Part shown: piece after piece, positions 20,096 to 29,335 of the stretch
Layout of the letters: each line of letters starts with the position of its first letter
Position numbering within the stretch: position 1 is the first letter of the stretch
Source of the DNA: a virus
Reading direction: 5' to 3' (one strand)
Virus record (IMG/VR): IMGVR_UViG_3300034524_000084
Coordinates: 1-64,000 of that record
Length of the DNA stretch: 64,000 bases
Notes under the pieces: model-generated
Seen by the model: only the letters and a program-made list of their open reading frames with translations
What the model was told of the DNA's origin: nothing
The model's database searches: none
Made by a program: the position numbers and the translations under genes

Positions 20096-21409
20096 ATGAA
20101 AGTTGAACCACGAGAGTTGTATAATAGTCTTAATGCTATGATAAAAATGTATGGCAAAAATAATAAAGTTTTAGAGGAAGTAACAAATTTATTGATAAAA
20201 AAAGGTATTCCGAGGGGATATGCCAAAAAGATATTAATGGGTATTACACCAGTTGAGATATTAGATAGAGCAATATTATATGTTGTTACCTCAGCATTTT
20301 ACCAGGTTACCAATGAATCAATTGTAAATACCGAAAAATACTTTACTGACGAAGAGATTAAAGAGGGAGAAAAATTCCGATATATAACAGAGAAAAAGGA
20401 AAGTTTTCCAGTTATTTTTGAAGATGTGCTCAAAGTTAGTGATGATTATTATATAACAACATTAACAGCGCAAAAAATAAAAGAATTGTATGATGGCTTT
20501 GTGGTGACATATAACAAAGAAACGCAACGCAATACAATTGCGAGAAGAATTCGCAACAGTGTAATAGAAATGATTAACGTAAATTGGAAATCAGTTAAAG
20601 AAATAGAAGAAGAAATATTAAAAGGATTGTTTATAACAAATGCTATAACATTCAATATACTTAAAAACGGGGAAGAAGAATTTGAATATGATGAAAAAAA
20701 TAGAACTCTAACAGTATATAAAGGTGAAATTGATATATTAGATGGTTTTCATAGAAGTTTAGGTATGATTAATGCAGTATCAGTAAATCCTGAAGTGCAA
20801 TATATAACAGCAGTTAATATAACAAATTTTGATATTGAAAAAGCAAGAAGGTTTATTGTGCAAGAAGATAAGAAAAATAAGATTGCTAAAAAACACATTG
20901 AAGCTTATAAAGAAACATTAGAAAATGCTATTGTACGCAAGATTAATGAGAGTCCTAATTGTGATTTAAAAGGGAAAATAACAACTAATGGTAGGTTAAT
21001 ACAATTCAATCAAGCTCTTGTGGAGTTTGAGGTATTGACTCAAGCTATAAAATATCATTTTGATATAAAAACACAAAGAGAAGCTAACCAAATAGCCGAT
21101 TATCTTATAGAGGGGTTTAACGAAATAATTGGCTTATATCCAGATGAATTTTTGGATAATTACGCTAAGGTTAAACAAAGAAGTACAATAAATCATAATT
21201 ATACTTTTATTGGTTATGTAGCATTGTTGGCAAAATTGAGAGAAAACCCACAATGGAAAGAAAAATTGAGAAAGACTTTAGAAAAAATAGATTTTTCTAT
21301 AAAGAATCCCGATTGGGAGGCAATAGGATTATTCAATGGTAGATTAACTATTAAGGTGATTGAAAGTATCAGTAAATATTTTATAGATAAAATAGTAAAG
21401 GAGGGATAA
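20096..21409 (+). CDS. DGQHR/DndB-like (ParB/Srx fold) protein, SPbeta YopQ-like
   Basis: YNKETQR...ITFNI...IDILDGFHRS motif; directly upstream of an integrase-like gene, as in SPbeta. Confidence 0.7.
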   Translation: MKVEPRELYNSLNAMIKMYGKNNKVLEEVTNLLIKKGIPRGYAKKILMGITPVEILDRAILYVVTSAFYQVTNESIVNTEKYFTDEEIKEGEKFRYITEKKESFPVIFEDVLKVSDDYYITTLTAQKIKELYDGFVVTYNKETQRNTIARRIRNSVIEMINVNWKSVKEIEEEILKGLFITNAITFNILKNGEEEFEYDEKNRTLTVYKGEIDILDGFHRSLGMINAVSVNPEVQYITAVNITNFDIEKARRFIVQEDKKNKIAKKHIEAYKETLENAIVRKINESPNCDLKGKITTNGRLIQFNQALVEFEVLTQAIKYHFDIKTQREANQIADYLIEGFNEIIGLYPDEFLDNYAKVKQRSTINHNYTFIGYVALLAKLRENPQWKEKLRKTLEKIDFSIKNPDWEAIGLFNGRLTIKVIESISKYFIDKIVKEG

Positions 21410-21410
21410 T

Positions 21411-22358
21411 ATGGAATTATATAACCAAGAATTAAAAGAGAGATTTTTAGAACAATATTCAGAATCAACAAGATTAACGTATAGAAATATTTTTAAAAAG
21501 ACAGCACCAAAGGAGAATGAATTACAAAAAGATTTATATCAATTTAATTTAGAAGAATTAGATGACTTATTGTATTCGCTTGGCAGTACTTCTGCGCAGT
21601 ATATAGCAACTGTTTTAGCGGTATTGTCAAAATATGTTGATTTTTGCATACAAGAAGGATATATAGGTAATCCAGCGGGAATTAATTATGTAAGGTTAAT
21701 TAATCCTACTTTAGAAAATTTAAAAAAATATGAACATGGAATCGACAAAAAATATAGGTATATTGATAGAGAAGAATTACAACAAATAATTAATATGTGT
21801 GTAAATGCTCAAGATGCAGTTATATTTGCATTGTTATTTGAGGGAGTAATGGGGGAAAATTTAGAGGAATTAATTAATCTAAGAGTAGATGATTGTAATT
21901 TTATGGATAATATTCTTACTTTAAGGCGTAACGATGGGACAAAAAGGAGAATATCAGTACAACAAGATACTATGAAACTTATTAATAAAGCAATTAATCA
22001 AGTTGAATATTATAGAGTATCGGACATAGCTAATGGAGTGTTCTTATTACAAAGGACACCTTATGTGTTGAGACCTATAGTAAGCGAGAAAGTTCCAACT
22101 GAAAAAGTAAGTCATCAAATAATCAGGAATAGATTAAAAAAAATAGCAGAAATGTATGGAAATCCATACCTAAATCCTAAAAATATTTTTAGGAGTGGTA
22201 TGATAGATTATATAAGAAGATATATGAAGAAATATGATATAAAATCTTTCAAAGATTTAAAGTATAGCGATATGGCAAACATTTTACGGAGATTTGGAAT
22301 AGAGGCTACGACACAAAATGTTTATTTATATCGTACCAGATTGAGGGAATATGTTTAG
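21411..22358 (+). CDS. Tyrosine-recombinase-fold regulator, SPbeta YopR/MrpR-like
   Basis: YNQELKERFL...E..LQKDLYQFN...NAQDAVIFALLFEG...EELINL...NIFRSGMI; canonical R and HxxR catalytic motifs absent. Confidence 0.75.
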   Translation: MELYNQELKERFLEQYSESTRLTYRNIFKKTAPKENELQKDLYQFNLEELDDLLYSLGSTSAQYIATVLAVLSKYVDFCIQEGYIGNPAGINYVRLINPTLENLKKYEHGIDKKYRYIDREELQQIINMCVNAQDAVIFALLFEGVMGENLEELINLRVDDCNFMDNILTLRRNDGTKRRISVQQDTMKLINKAINQVEYYRVSDIANGVFLLQRTPYVLRPIVSEKVPTEKVSHQIIRNRLKKIAEMYGNPYLNPKNIFRSGMIDYIRRYMKKYDIKSFKDLKYSDMANILRRFGIEATTQNVYLYRTRLREYV

Positions 22359-22391
22359 AGGGGCAGTTCCCTCAAATACATAGTGTAAACG

Positions 22392-23024
22392 CTATTTTTT
22401 AGGTTTTTTAAATACACCCATATAAACACCGTTAATAATTATATCGTTAGCAGGGTGTACGATATCAGAATAAGCAGGGTTAGAAGAACGCAGGATAACC
22501 ATATCAGAATTTTCAGGATGATATAAATGTTTTAAACAAGTTTCATTCCCATCAATTATAACAGTAACTATTTGTCCATTGTAATCCACATAATTTTGTA
22601 CTCTTATAAGCACAACATCACCATCTTCTATGCCATCTCCTATCATGCTATTGCCTTCTGCTCTTAAAAGAAAATGTTCGTACCCGACACTCAACATTTC
22701 TTTTGGAAATGGCATATATCCTTGTAGATGCTCTTCGGCAAATAGGGGTTGTCCTGCACGAATATTACCTAAAATAGGTAATATAACCATTTCTACTTCT
22801 TTAACATTTGAAAAGTTGGGTGTTTCATTTTCAAAAAAATATTGTATTGGTACATTTAAAATTTTAGCAATTTTTTGTAATATATTTACATTTGGTTTTA
22901 TTGTATTGTTTTCGTATTTATTCAGTGTAGAATGAGATATGCCCAAAAGTTGCGCTAATTGTTTTTGATTTAAACCTTTATTCATACGTGCTTTTCTAAT
23001 TTTTTTACCAAGAGTCATTTTCAA
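22392..23024 (-). CDS. cI/LexA-like repressor (XRE HTH plus S24 peptidase)
   Basis: N-terminal HTH, AG cleavage site (IRAGQP), GNSM serine, CLK lysine. Confidence 0.92.
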   Translation of the reverse strand: MKMTLGKKIRKARMNKGLNQKQLAQLLGISHSTLNKYENNTIKPNVNILQKIAKILNVPIQYFFENETPNFSNVKEVEMVILPILGNIRAGQPLFAEEHLQGYMPFPKEMLSVGYEHFLLRAEGNSMIGDGIEDGDVVLIRVQNYVDYNGQIVTVIIDGNETCLKHLYHPENSDMVILRSSNPAYSDIVHPANDIIINGVYMGVFKKPKK

Positions 23025-23086
23025 AACTCCTTTCTATTTTAATAATATTATTATAATCAATTTCAAAAAAATATGCAAATTTTTTA

Positions 23087-23115
23087 TTGACATTTCTTAA
23101 TAAGAAATGTATAAT
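23087..23115 (+). promoter_or_regulatory. Promoter with a palindromic operator between -35 and -10
   Basis: TTGACA-N17-TATAAT overlapped by ACATTTCTTA-A-TAAGAAATGT (23090-23110); divergent from the repressor gene. Confidence 0.8.
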
Positions 23116-23180
23116 AAAATTAAATTGTAATAATTTATTTTTAATCATAAAATATAAAAAATATAAATGGAGGTATGTAA

Positions 23181-23579
23181 ATGAAAATAGAAAGTATTCA
23201 GCAAGTAAGATTAGAAAATGAATACATGAAGAGGTGGTATAGTATTTTATGTGATACCCCAGAGAGAGAAAAAGAGTTTATTGAAAATTTTTATGAGGAG
23301 GGCAAGTGGTTATTAGTACCCTTAGCAAAATATCGACTTTATCAAATTCAGCGAGGTAGGGGGCAAAATATAACAGCAGAAGAACTTGCAAAAACAAAAG
23401 AAAAGGACGAGCTTTTATACAAATTACAAGAAATATTTCTTTATCCTATTTATGAGTCAACTTTAAGACTAATAAAGAAAACATTTGATAATTACGAAGA
23501 GTTGTTAAGCTTACATAACAAATATATAGAGTATTCCGCAGAAAAATTAATTTTAGATTATAGAAATGAGCTTATATAG
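23181..23579 (+). CDS. Hypothetical protein
   Basis: GGAGGT RBS. Confidence 0.72.
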   Translation: MKIESIQQVRLENEYMKRWYSILCDTPEREKEFIENFYEEGKWLLVPLAKYRLYQIQRGRGQNITAEELAKTKEKDELLYKLQEIFLYPIYESTLRLIKKTFDNYEELLSLHNKYIEYSAEKLILDYRNELI

Positions 23580-23647
23580 ATTAAAAAGATAAATAGAGGG
23601 AAAACGAGGGAAGGGTATAAAAACAAAAATAGGAGGTTGATATTATT

Positions 23648-24169
23648 ATGCATATAGCTTTAACAGGCTGGGCAGGGGCAGGGAAAACTACAGTTGCCCA
23701 GTATTTAGAGCAAAAATATGGTTATAAAAAAATTAGTTTTGCAGATGGGATTAAAGATATTGCAATGAGGTATTTCTTTATGAATGAGAAAGATAGAAGA
23801 TTATTGCAGCAAATTGGAGAAAAAATGAGAGAAATAGATCCTGATGTATGGGTTAAATATACACTTCACAGAATAGAGTATATAGAGTTAGATTATCCAG
23901 TTGTAATTGACGACTTGAGACGCATGAATGAATTTGAAGGCTTGCAAAAGGAAGGGTTTGTGGTAATACGTATTGAAGCAGATGAAGATATAAGAATTGA
24001 TAGGCTAATCAAAAGAGATGGTTTTTGTGATAGAACTTTACTTTATAATGAAAGTGAAAATGGGGTTGCGCATTTGGAATTCCCTACAATATATAATAAT
24101 GGTACATTGGATGAATTATATGAGAATGTGGACAAAATGATGGTTGATTTATTAATCCCTAAATATTAA
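23648..24169 (+). CDS. Deoxynucleoside monophosphate kinase-like P-loop protein
   Basis: GWAGAGKT, SFADGIK, RRLLQQIG, VIDDLR, ESE. Confidence 0.85.
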   Translation: MHIALTGWAGAGKTTVAQYLEQKYGYKKISFADGIKDIAMRYFFMNEKDRRLLQQIGEKMREIDPDVWVKYTLHRIEYIELDYPVVIDDLRRMNEFEGLQKEGFVVIRIEADEDIRIDRLIKRDGFCDRTLLYNESENGVAHLEFPTIYNNGTLDELYENVDKMMVDLLIPKY

Positions 24170-24221
24170 AAATATAATGATTTAAAAGAGATAATGTTAT
24201 GTTATAATAGGACATCATGGG

Positions 24222-24776
24222 GTGGTATTTATGTATTATTTTCGATTGATTTTATTTTTTGTGTTACTGTTTTTGTTTGTAGTAACACCAATACATACTA
24301 TTAATAAAAGTGAAATTTTATTGAAAAATAACGAAATTTACAAAGAAAAAATTGCAAAAATAAAAGAAAATAATAATGATAATACAGTTCAAACTCAAAA
24401 AAATGCAAGTTTAAATAATAATAACACCAAAAATGATAAAAAACAACAATATAAAGTAGTTATTATGGAGGTTACCGCATATACCTTAAATGAATGTGGT
24501 AAATCTCCTGATAATAAATATTATGGTATAACGGCAAGCGGAACAAGAGCAAGAGAATATCGTACTGTTGCAGCAAGCAGAAGTATACCTTTTGGTACAA
24601 GACTCAGAATACCAGCTTTTGAAGAATTTGTTGGGAAGAGTAATATTGAGTTTGTTGTTGAAGATAGAGGAGGGGCTATAACAGAGGGAAAGTTAGATAT
24701 ATATGTATCAGATGTTAATTTAGCTAAACAGTGGGGCAGGAGAAAGGTTGAAGTGATAATTTATGGGAGGGATTAG
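24222..24776 (+). CDS. Exported 3D-domain cell-wall protein
   Basis: Signal peptide; VTAY, GITASG, VAA...IPFGT, EDRGGAI...LDIY...WGRR. Confidence 0.88.
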   Translation: MVFMYYFRLILFFVLLFLFVVTPIHTINKSEILLKNNEIYKEKIAKIKENNNDNTVQTQKNASLNNNNTKNDKKQQYKVVIMEVTAYTLNECGKSPDNKYYGITASGTRAREYRTVAASRSIPFGTRLRIPAFEEFVGKSNIEFVVEDRGGAITEGKLDIYVSDVNLAKQWGRRKVEVIIYGRD

Positions 24777-25200
24777 TAGAATGTTAGTAAAAATTGGGTT
24801 ATTTTTTATTATAATTTTCTTCTTGGTGTGGGTATATGCTATTTTTTCTTTGAAAACAGGAAATCATAATAATAGAGATTGGAGATGATAATATGTGGTT
24901 AGCTTTGATAATAGTGTTATATGGTACAGTGTCTGCTTTGGTAGGGTTTATGCTATGCGCTTCATTCACAGCTGGTAAAATAAGCGAGTTAGAAGGGCAA
25001 CTATATGAATTACAGCAAGAATTGGGTAGAACGAGCCGAGAAAGAATACAAAGAAAATGTTAAATTTTTTGGGAAAGAGTATACATCTGATGGAGAAGTT
25101 ATGGCTGCCAGAGATGCATATAGGATTGTGAGTTGTGAATATAATTTATTGGGACGTATCTATGAAATGTATAAACAAATAAAAGAATCTGGGTGATAAA

Positions 25201-25458
25201 ATGGATAAAGGTAAACTAGTTTTTACTTTTTATGGTGTTCTAACAGGTACAAAATATAAGATTTACCCAACAGAAGGTAGATATGAGATTATTTATGAAG
25301 AATTACCCAAAGAAATGGTCGAGGCAATGGTAAGTGGGCATATAGAACGATTGGGTGTGGCTTTTAGAACTTTTTATTATACTCTTATGTATAATTTAGG
25401 AGTTTTTGCAATGATAGATAAAATATCGAAGAAAATTAATGAAAAAGCGAGGCGATAA
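25201..25458 (+). CDS. Hypothetical protein
   Basis: ORF in operon. Confidence 0.55.
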   Translation: MDKGKLVFTFYGVLTGTKYKIYPTEGRYEIIYEELPKEMVEAMVSGHIERLGVAFRTFYYTLMYNLGVFAMIDKISKKINEKARR

Positions 25459-26473
25459 GGTGGTAATTACAGAAACACAATTTAAAACGATACAAACAAA
25501 TAAAATACCTACTAAAATAAAACTTTTCACACATACTGATTTAGATGGAGTTGGGTGTGCTATATTAGCAAATATAGTAAGTGTGGTTAATAATATTGAT
25601 GTAGAAATAGAATTTTGTGATTATAATAATATAAATAACAAAGTTAATGATTTTTTGAAGGTGATTAACAATTATGACAAAGTATTTATAACAGATATAT
25701 CGGTAAATGAAGAGGTGACAGAAAAGCTTGATAAATATAATGATAAAGTGGTTTTATTAGATCATCACAAGACAGCAAACTTTTTAAATAAGTATAAGTG
25801 GGCGCATGTATATGAAACTTTAGTTATTGATTTAGAAATTGATGTGTATATAAAAGTATGTGGAGCGTATTTATTTTTAGATTATTTAATTGCTTCAGAT
25901 TATCTAAAAAATTTTAAATTTTTAGATACTTTAACTGACTTTGTGGAAGTAATCCGAGAATATGATGTTTGGGAATGGATAGAAATTGATAATATTTTAG
26001 CAAAACAGTTGAATGATTTATTGTATATTTTAGGTAGAGAGAGATTTATTGAGGAATTCACTGAGCAACTGTTAAATGGGAAATTTGTAATAAATGACAA
26101 GTTAAATTTTTTATTGGAATTAGACCAAGAAAAGATTGATGATTATATAGAAAACAAAAATAAAAATTTGATTGTTAGAGATATAAAAGGATATAATGTT
26201 GGCATTGTATTTGCAGAAAGATACATATCAGAATTAGGAAGTAGATTAATGGAACTACATCCCGAATTAGATTTTGTTGTAATTATAAATATAGACAAGA
26301 CAATTAGCTATAGGACAAACAAAAATAATATTGATTTAGGCGAATTTGCTAAAATATATGGTGGTGGGGGGCACCCACAAGCAGCAGGAAGTCCTGTAAG
26401 TGATGAGGTAAAGAATAAAATTATTGATATGTTGTTCGAGAAAAAATTTACAAAGGGTATTGACAAAATATAA
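25439..26473 (+). CDS. DHH/DHHA1 phosphoesterase
   Basis: HTDLDG, ITD, LDHH, GGGGHPQAAG. Confidence 0.9.
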   Translation: MKKRGDKVVITETQFKTIQTNKIPTKIKLFTHTDLDGVGCAILANIVSVVNNIDVEIEFCDYNNINNKVNDFLKVINNYDKVFITDISVNEEVTEKLDKYNDKVVLLDHHKTANFLNKYKWAHVYETLVIDLEIDVYIKVCGAYLFLDYLIASDYLKNFKFLDTLTDFVEVIREYDVWEWIEIDNILAKQLNDLLYILGRERFIEEFTEQLLNGKFVINDKLNFLLELDQEKIDDYIENKNKNLIVRDIKGYNVGIVFAERYISELGSRLMELHPELDFVVIINIDKTISYRTNKNNIDLGEFAKIYGGGGHPQAAGSPVSDEVKNKIIDMLFEKKFTKGIDKI

Positions 26474-26558
26474 ATTTAGTGTTAAGATAAAATTACAGAT
26501 AAAAATAATAAAAATTTTTCAAAAAAGGTATTGACAAAATAAAAATATGTGGTATAAT
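26460..26558 (+). promoter_or_regulatory. Tandem sigmaA promoters ahead of the RNA repeat array
   Basis: TTGACA-N17-TAAGAT at 26460 and TTGACA-N16-TATAAT (extended TG) at 26531. Confidence 0.7.
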
Positions 26559-26578
26559 TAAAATGTAAGGTAAAGATA

Positions 26579-26858
26579 AAGATACGTACAGCGACGTTTC
26601 TTAATAGAGATTGTGGGTCTCTAAGTATGTGTATCTTGTTTGAATAAACAGGAAAGGCGCATACAGCAAATGTTCTTGGGGGCAAGCCGATGCTTGCGTT
26701 TATGAGCGTCTTGATACAATGAAAGGCACTTACAGCAAATAGTACAAGGATAAGCCTGTTAAGCTTATGTCCTCAGTGCCTTGCTAACTTACGATAAAGT
26801 AACTCTAAAGTTAGTTTCGATACTAACAGCATAATAATAATGATTAAAAGTATCGAGG
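26579..26858 (+). ncRNA. Array of four structured RNA units with ACAGC motif; two carry tRNA anticodon stem-loops (His GTG, Asn GTT)
   Basis: Closing stems AAGATAC/GTATCTT, AAGGCGC/GCGTCTT, AAGGCACT/AGTGCCTT and TCGATACT/AGTATCGA, each followed by ACAGC. Inner hairpins TAGAGA-TTGTGGG-TCTCTA and ATAAGC-CTGTTAA-GCTTAT. Confidence 0.75.
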
Positions 26859-26867
26859 AGGGATATT

Positions 26868-28340
26868 ATGAGTGAAAAATTTATAAAAGCATTAGAGAGA
26901 GAGAATAATTATACTACTACAGAAAATGGAGCAATAGCACTAAAAAGCACAAATAGTACTCTGTTGGATTTGTTCGGTGAAATAGGGGCTCTAAGGGGAA
27001 GGACGGAGAATGAAATAGAAGCAAAATTTATAAAAGCATTCGCAGAAGATAAATTATTGGCAACTAAAATGGCATTTTACGCAAGAGATATTAGAGGTGG
27101 TCTTGGTGAAAGAAGAGTGTTTAGAGTAATTTTAAAATACTTAGCTAATGTTCGTCCAGAAATAGTGATAAAAAACCTGTATAATATACCTTTTTATGGT
27201 AGATGGGATGACTTATATACCCTAATAGGTACCCCAGTAGAAAAAAGCATGTGGGAATTCATAAAAAGACAGTTGCAAGAAGACTTAGAAAGCATGGCTA
27301 ATAATAAACCAGTAAGCTTGTTAGGGAAATGGTTAAAGTCAGTAAACACAAGCTCACAAGAATCAAGAGTATTAGGTAAATTAACCGCCAAAAATTTAGG
27401 ATTAAGTGAAAAACAATATAGAAAAATATTGTCAGAGCTTAGGAAATATATAGATGTAGTAGAAAGAAAGATGACGGCTAACGAATGGGATAAAATAAAT
27501 TACTCATCTGTTCCTTCAAGAGCTATGACGATATATAGAAATGCTTTCTATAGACATGACCCTAACAGATTTGATGAGTTTATTGAAAATGTTAAGCAGG
27601 GAAAAGAAAAAATAAATTCATCTACCTTATATCCTTACGATATATTAGAAAGAATGTGTGATGGAGGGTTTGATTTAGCATATATAAAGTATGACCCAGT
27701 ATTAGAAGAACAATGGAAAGCACTACCGAACTATATAGATGGCGAACATAATGTATTGGTAATGGCAGACACTTCAGGTAGTATGATAGGTAGACCAATG
27801 GCAACATCGGTAGGATTAGCGATATACTTTGCTGAAAGGAATAAAGGTATATGGCGCAACAAATTTATGACGTTCTCTTCTGAACCTTCATTTGTAAAAA
27901 TAAAAGGTGATACATTATATGAAAAATTGAAGTGTGTGCCAGAAATTGTAGGAAATACAAATTTAGAAGCTGCATTAAAATTAATTTTAGATACTGCTAT
28001 TAAGCATAAATTAACACAAGAAGATATACCAAAATCATTAATCATTATATCAGATATGCAATTTGATGATGCTACTAAGGATTATGGTAAAATGACATTT
28101 TACGATACAATGAAAGAAATATATAACAGAGCAGGATATGAAATACCAAATATAGTATTTTGGCAAGTAGATAGTAGAAGAGATTCATTCCAAGTCACAT
28201 CAGAATATAAAGGAGTACAATTAGCAAGTGGACAATCGCCAAGCGTATTTAAATCGATACTTAATACAATAGGGAAAACCCCACATGAAGCAATGTTAGA
28301 AATATTGAATAATCCAAGATATGATTATGTGGTAGTCTAA
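26868..28340 (+). CDS. TROVE/Ro60-like helical plus vWA protein (DUF2828-like)
   Basis: TENGA, RDIRGGLGERR, YGRWDDL, KWLKS, YSSVPSRAM, LYPYDI, MIDAS DTSGSM, TNL, IISDMQFD, IVFW. Confidence 0.85.
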   Translation: MSEKFIKALERENNYTTTENGAIALKSTNSTLLDLFGEIGALRGRTENEIEAKFIKAFAEDKLLATKMAFYARDIRGGLGERRVFRVILKYLANVRPEIVIKNLYNIPFYGRWDDLYTLIGTPVEKSMWEFIKRQLQEDLESMANNKPVSLLGKWLKSVNTSSQESRVLGKLTAKNLGLSEKQYRKILSELRKYIDVVERKMTANEWDKINYSSVPSRAMTIYRNAFYRHDPNRFDEFIENVKQGKEKINSSTLYPYDILERMCDGGFDLAYIKYDPVLEEQWKALPNYIDGEHNVLVMADTSGSMIGRPMATSVGLAIYFAERNKGIWRNKFMTFSSEPSFVKIKGDTLYEKLKCVPEIVGNTNLEAALKLILDTAIKHKLTQEDIPKSLIIISDMQFDDATKDYGKMTFYDTMKEIYNRAGYEIPNIVFWQVDSRRDSFQVTSEYKGVQLASGQSPSVFKSILNTIGKTPHEAMLEILNNPRYDYVVV

Positions 28341-28347
28341 GTTGTAA

Positions 28348-28402
28348 AAGGCGCTTGCAGCAACTACTCGGGGGTTCTTGAAAAACCTTGCTGGGCGCCT
28401 TG
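28348..28402 (+). ncRNA. Fifth RNA unit, with Ser(TGA) anticodon stem-loop
   Basis: AAGGCGCT/GGCGCCTT closing stem, TGCAGCAA motif, GGGGTT-CTTGAAA-AACCTT hairpin. Confidence 0.75.
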
Positions 28403-28660
28403 TTTTTATCAAAAATAAGGAGGGGGATAACATGAAAGGGAGAGTAATTATTGATTTGAGTGATTTTAATGAACTTGTAACCAATAATGAGGAACTTAGC
28501 TGGATAATATCGGTTATATCGGGAGCAACATCAATAGTACCACAAGATAAAACATTTAAGTTTGTAGTTGACACAAATAAACTCAAAAAATTAATACAAA
28601 AATATGGATTATACTACAAATCTACAGAAGTAGATGATAACGAAAAATTAGAAGTAGAAT

Positions 28661-29137
28661 TTGTATGATTGGAGTGGTTATATGATAACAAAAGAAATAT
28701 TAGAAAAATTAAGGAAAGAACAATTTGAATATATGAGAGCTAAATATCCAATGGGTGATTTACCTAAATCTATGTTTATTGGTGGAAAATTTAATTTTAA
28801 TAATTGGAATGGTGCAGATGACTTAATTAGATGTTATTTTTATGATGTTGAGATGTCTGATAAGTGGCAAATAGGGTATGAATTAAGAGATGGTTATTTG
28901 ATTGTGAATTTATTTTATCATTGGGATCAAGCTTTTGCTATTGTAATTCATTATTGGCTTAATAATTCAGAAGAAATGTTTGAGGAAATACATGATATAT
29001 ACTATTTTTCATGGTATAAGCATCATGGACATACAGATATAGCTATTAAAAATGGGCATATCATGACGGAGGATGAATATATTGAATTGCTTAATTTGAT
29101 AGAAAAAACTGGATATGAATTTTGGATAGGCAAATAA
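28661..29137 (+). CDS. Hypothetical protein
   Basis: Aromatic-rich ORF with YYFSWYK.HG.T motif. Confidence 0.7.
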   Translation: MYDWSGYMITKEILEKLRKEQFEYMRAKYPMGDLPKSMFIGGKFNFNNWNGADDLIRCYFYDVEMSDKWQIGYELRDGYLIVNLFYHWDQAFAIVIHYWLNNSEEMFEEIHDIYYFSWYKHHGHTDIAIKNGHIMTEDEYIELLNLIEKTGYEFWIGK

Positions 29138-29335
29138 GGGGCGATGAAGAATGACAAAAATAGAAGAATATTTAACAATGAAGAAAAAGACAAAAAAATA
29201 GAAGAGATATTTGAGAAAGCAAAAAAGCTCTTGGATGAAGAAAATGCGTAAAAATTGGTGAATATAATTTAGAAGATGTAGAAAAAGTTTTAGGGAAATT
29301 ATTTGAATGTTTGTATACTGAAGGTGTAAATTATT

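Larger units (their letters stand above)
6585..20810 (+). repeat. Dispersed strand-polarised (T)ATAACAG motif
   Basis: About 50 copies counted by eye on the plus strand, in both intergenic and coding DNA; rare outside this span and rare on the minus strand. Confidence 0.85.

Noticed and set aside
20096-21409. Dnd phosphorothioation system
   Set aside because: Only a DGQHR-type protein is present, with no dndA/C/D/E; the context matches SPbeta YopQ.
26579-26782. Degenerate tRNA cluster or CRISPR array
   Set aside because: No T arm, D arm or CCA, and the units are covarying stems rather than identical repeats.
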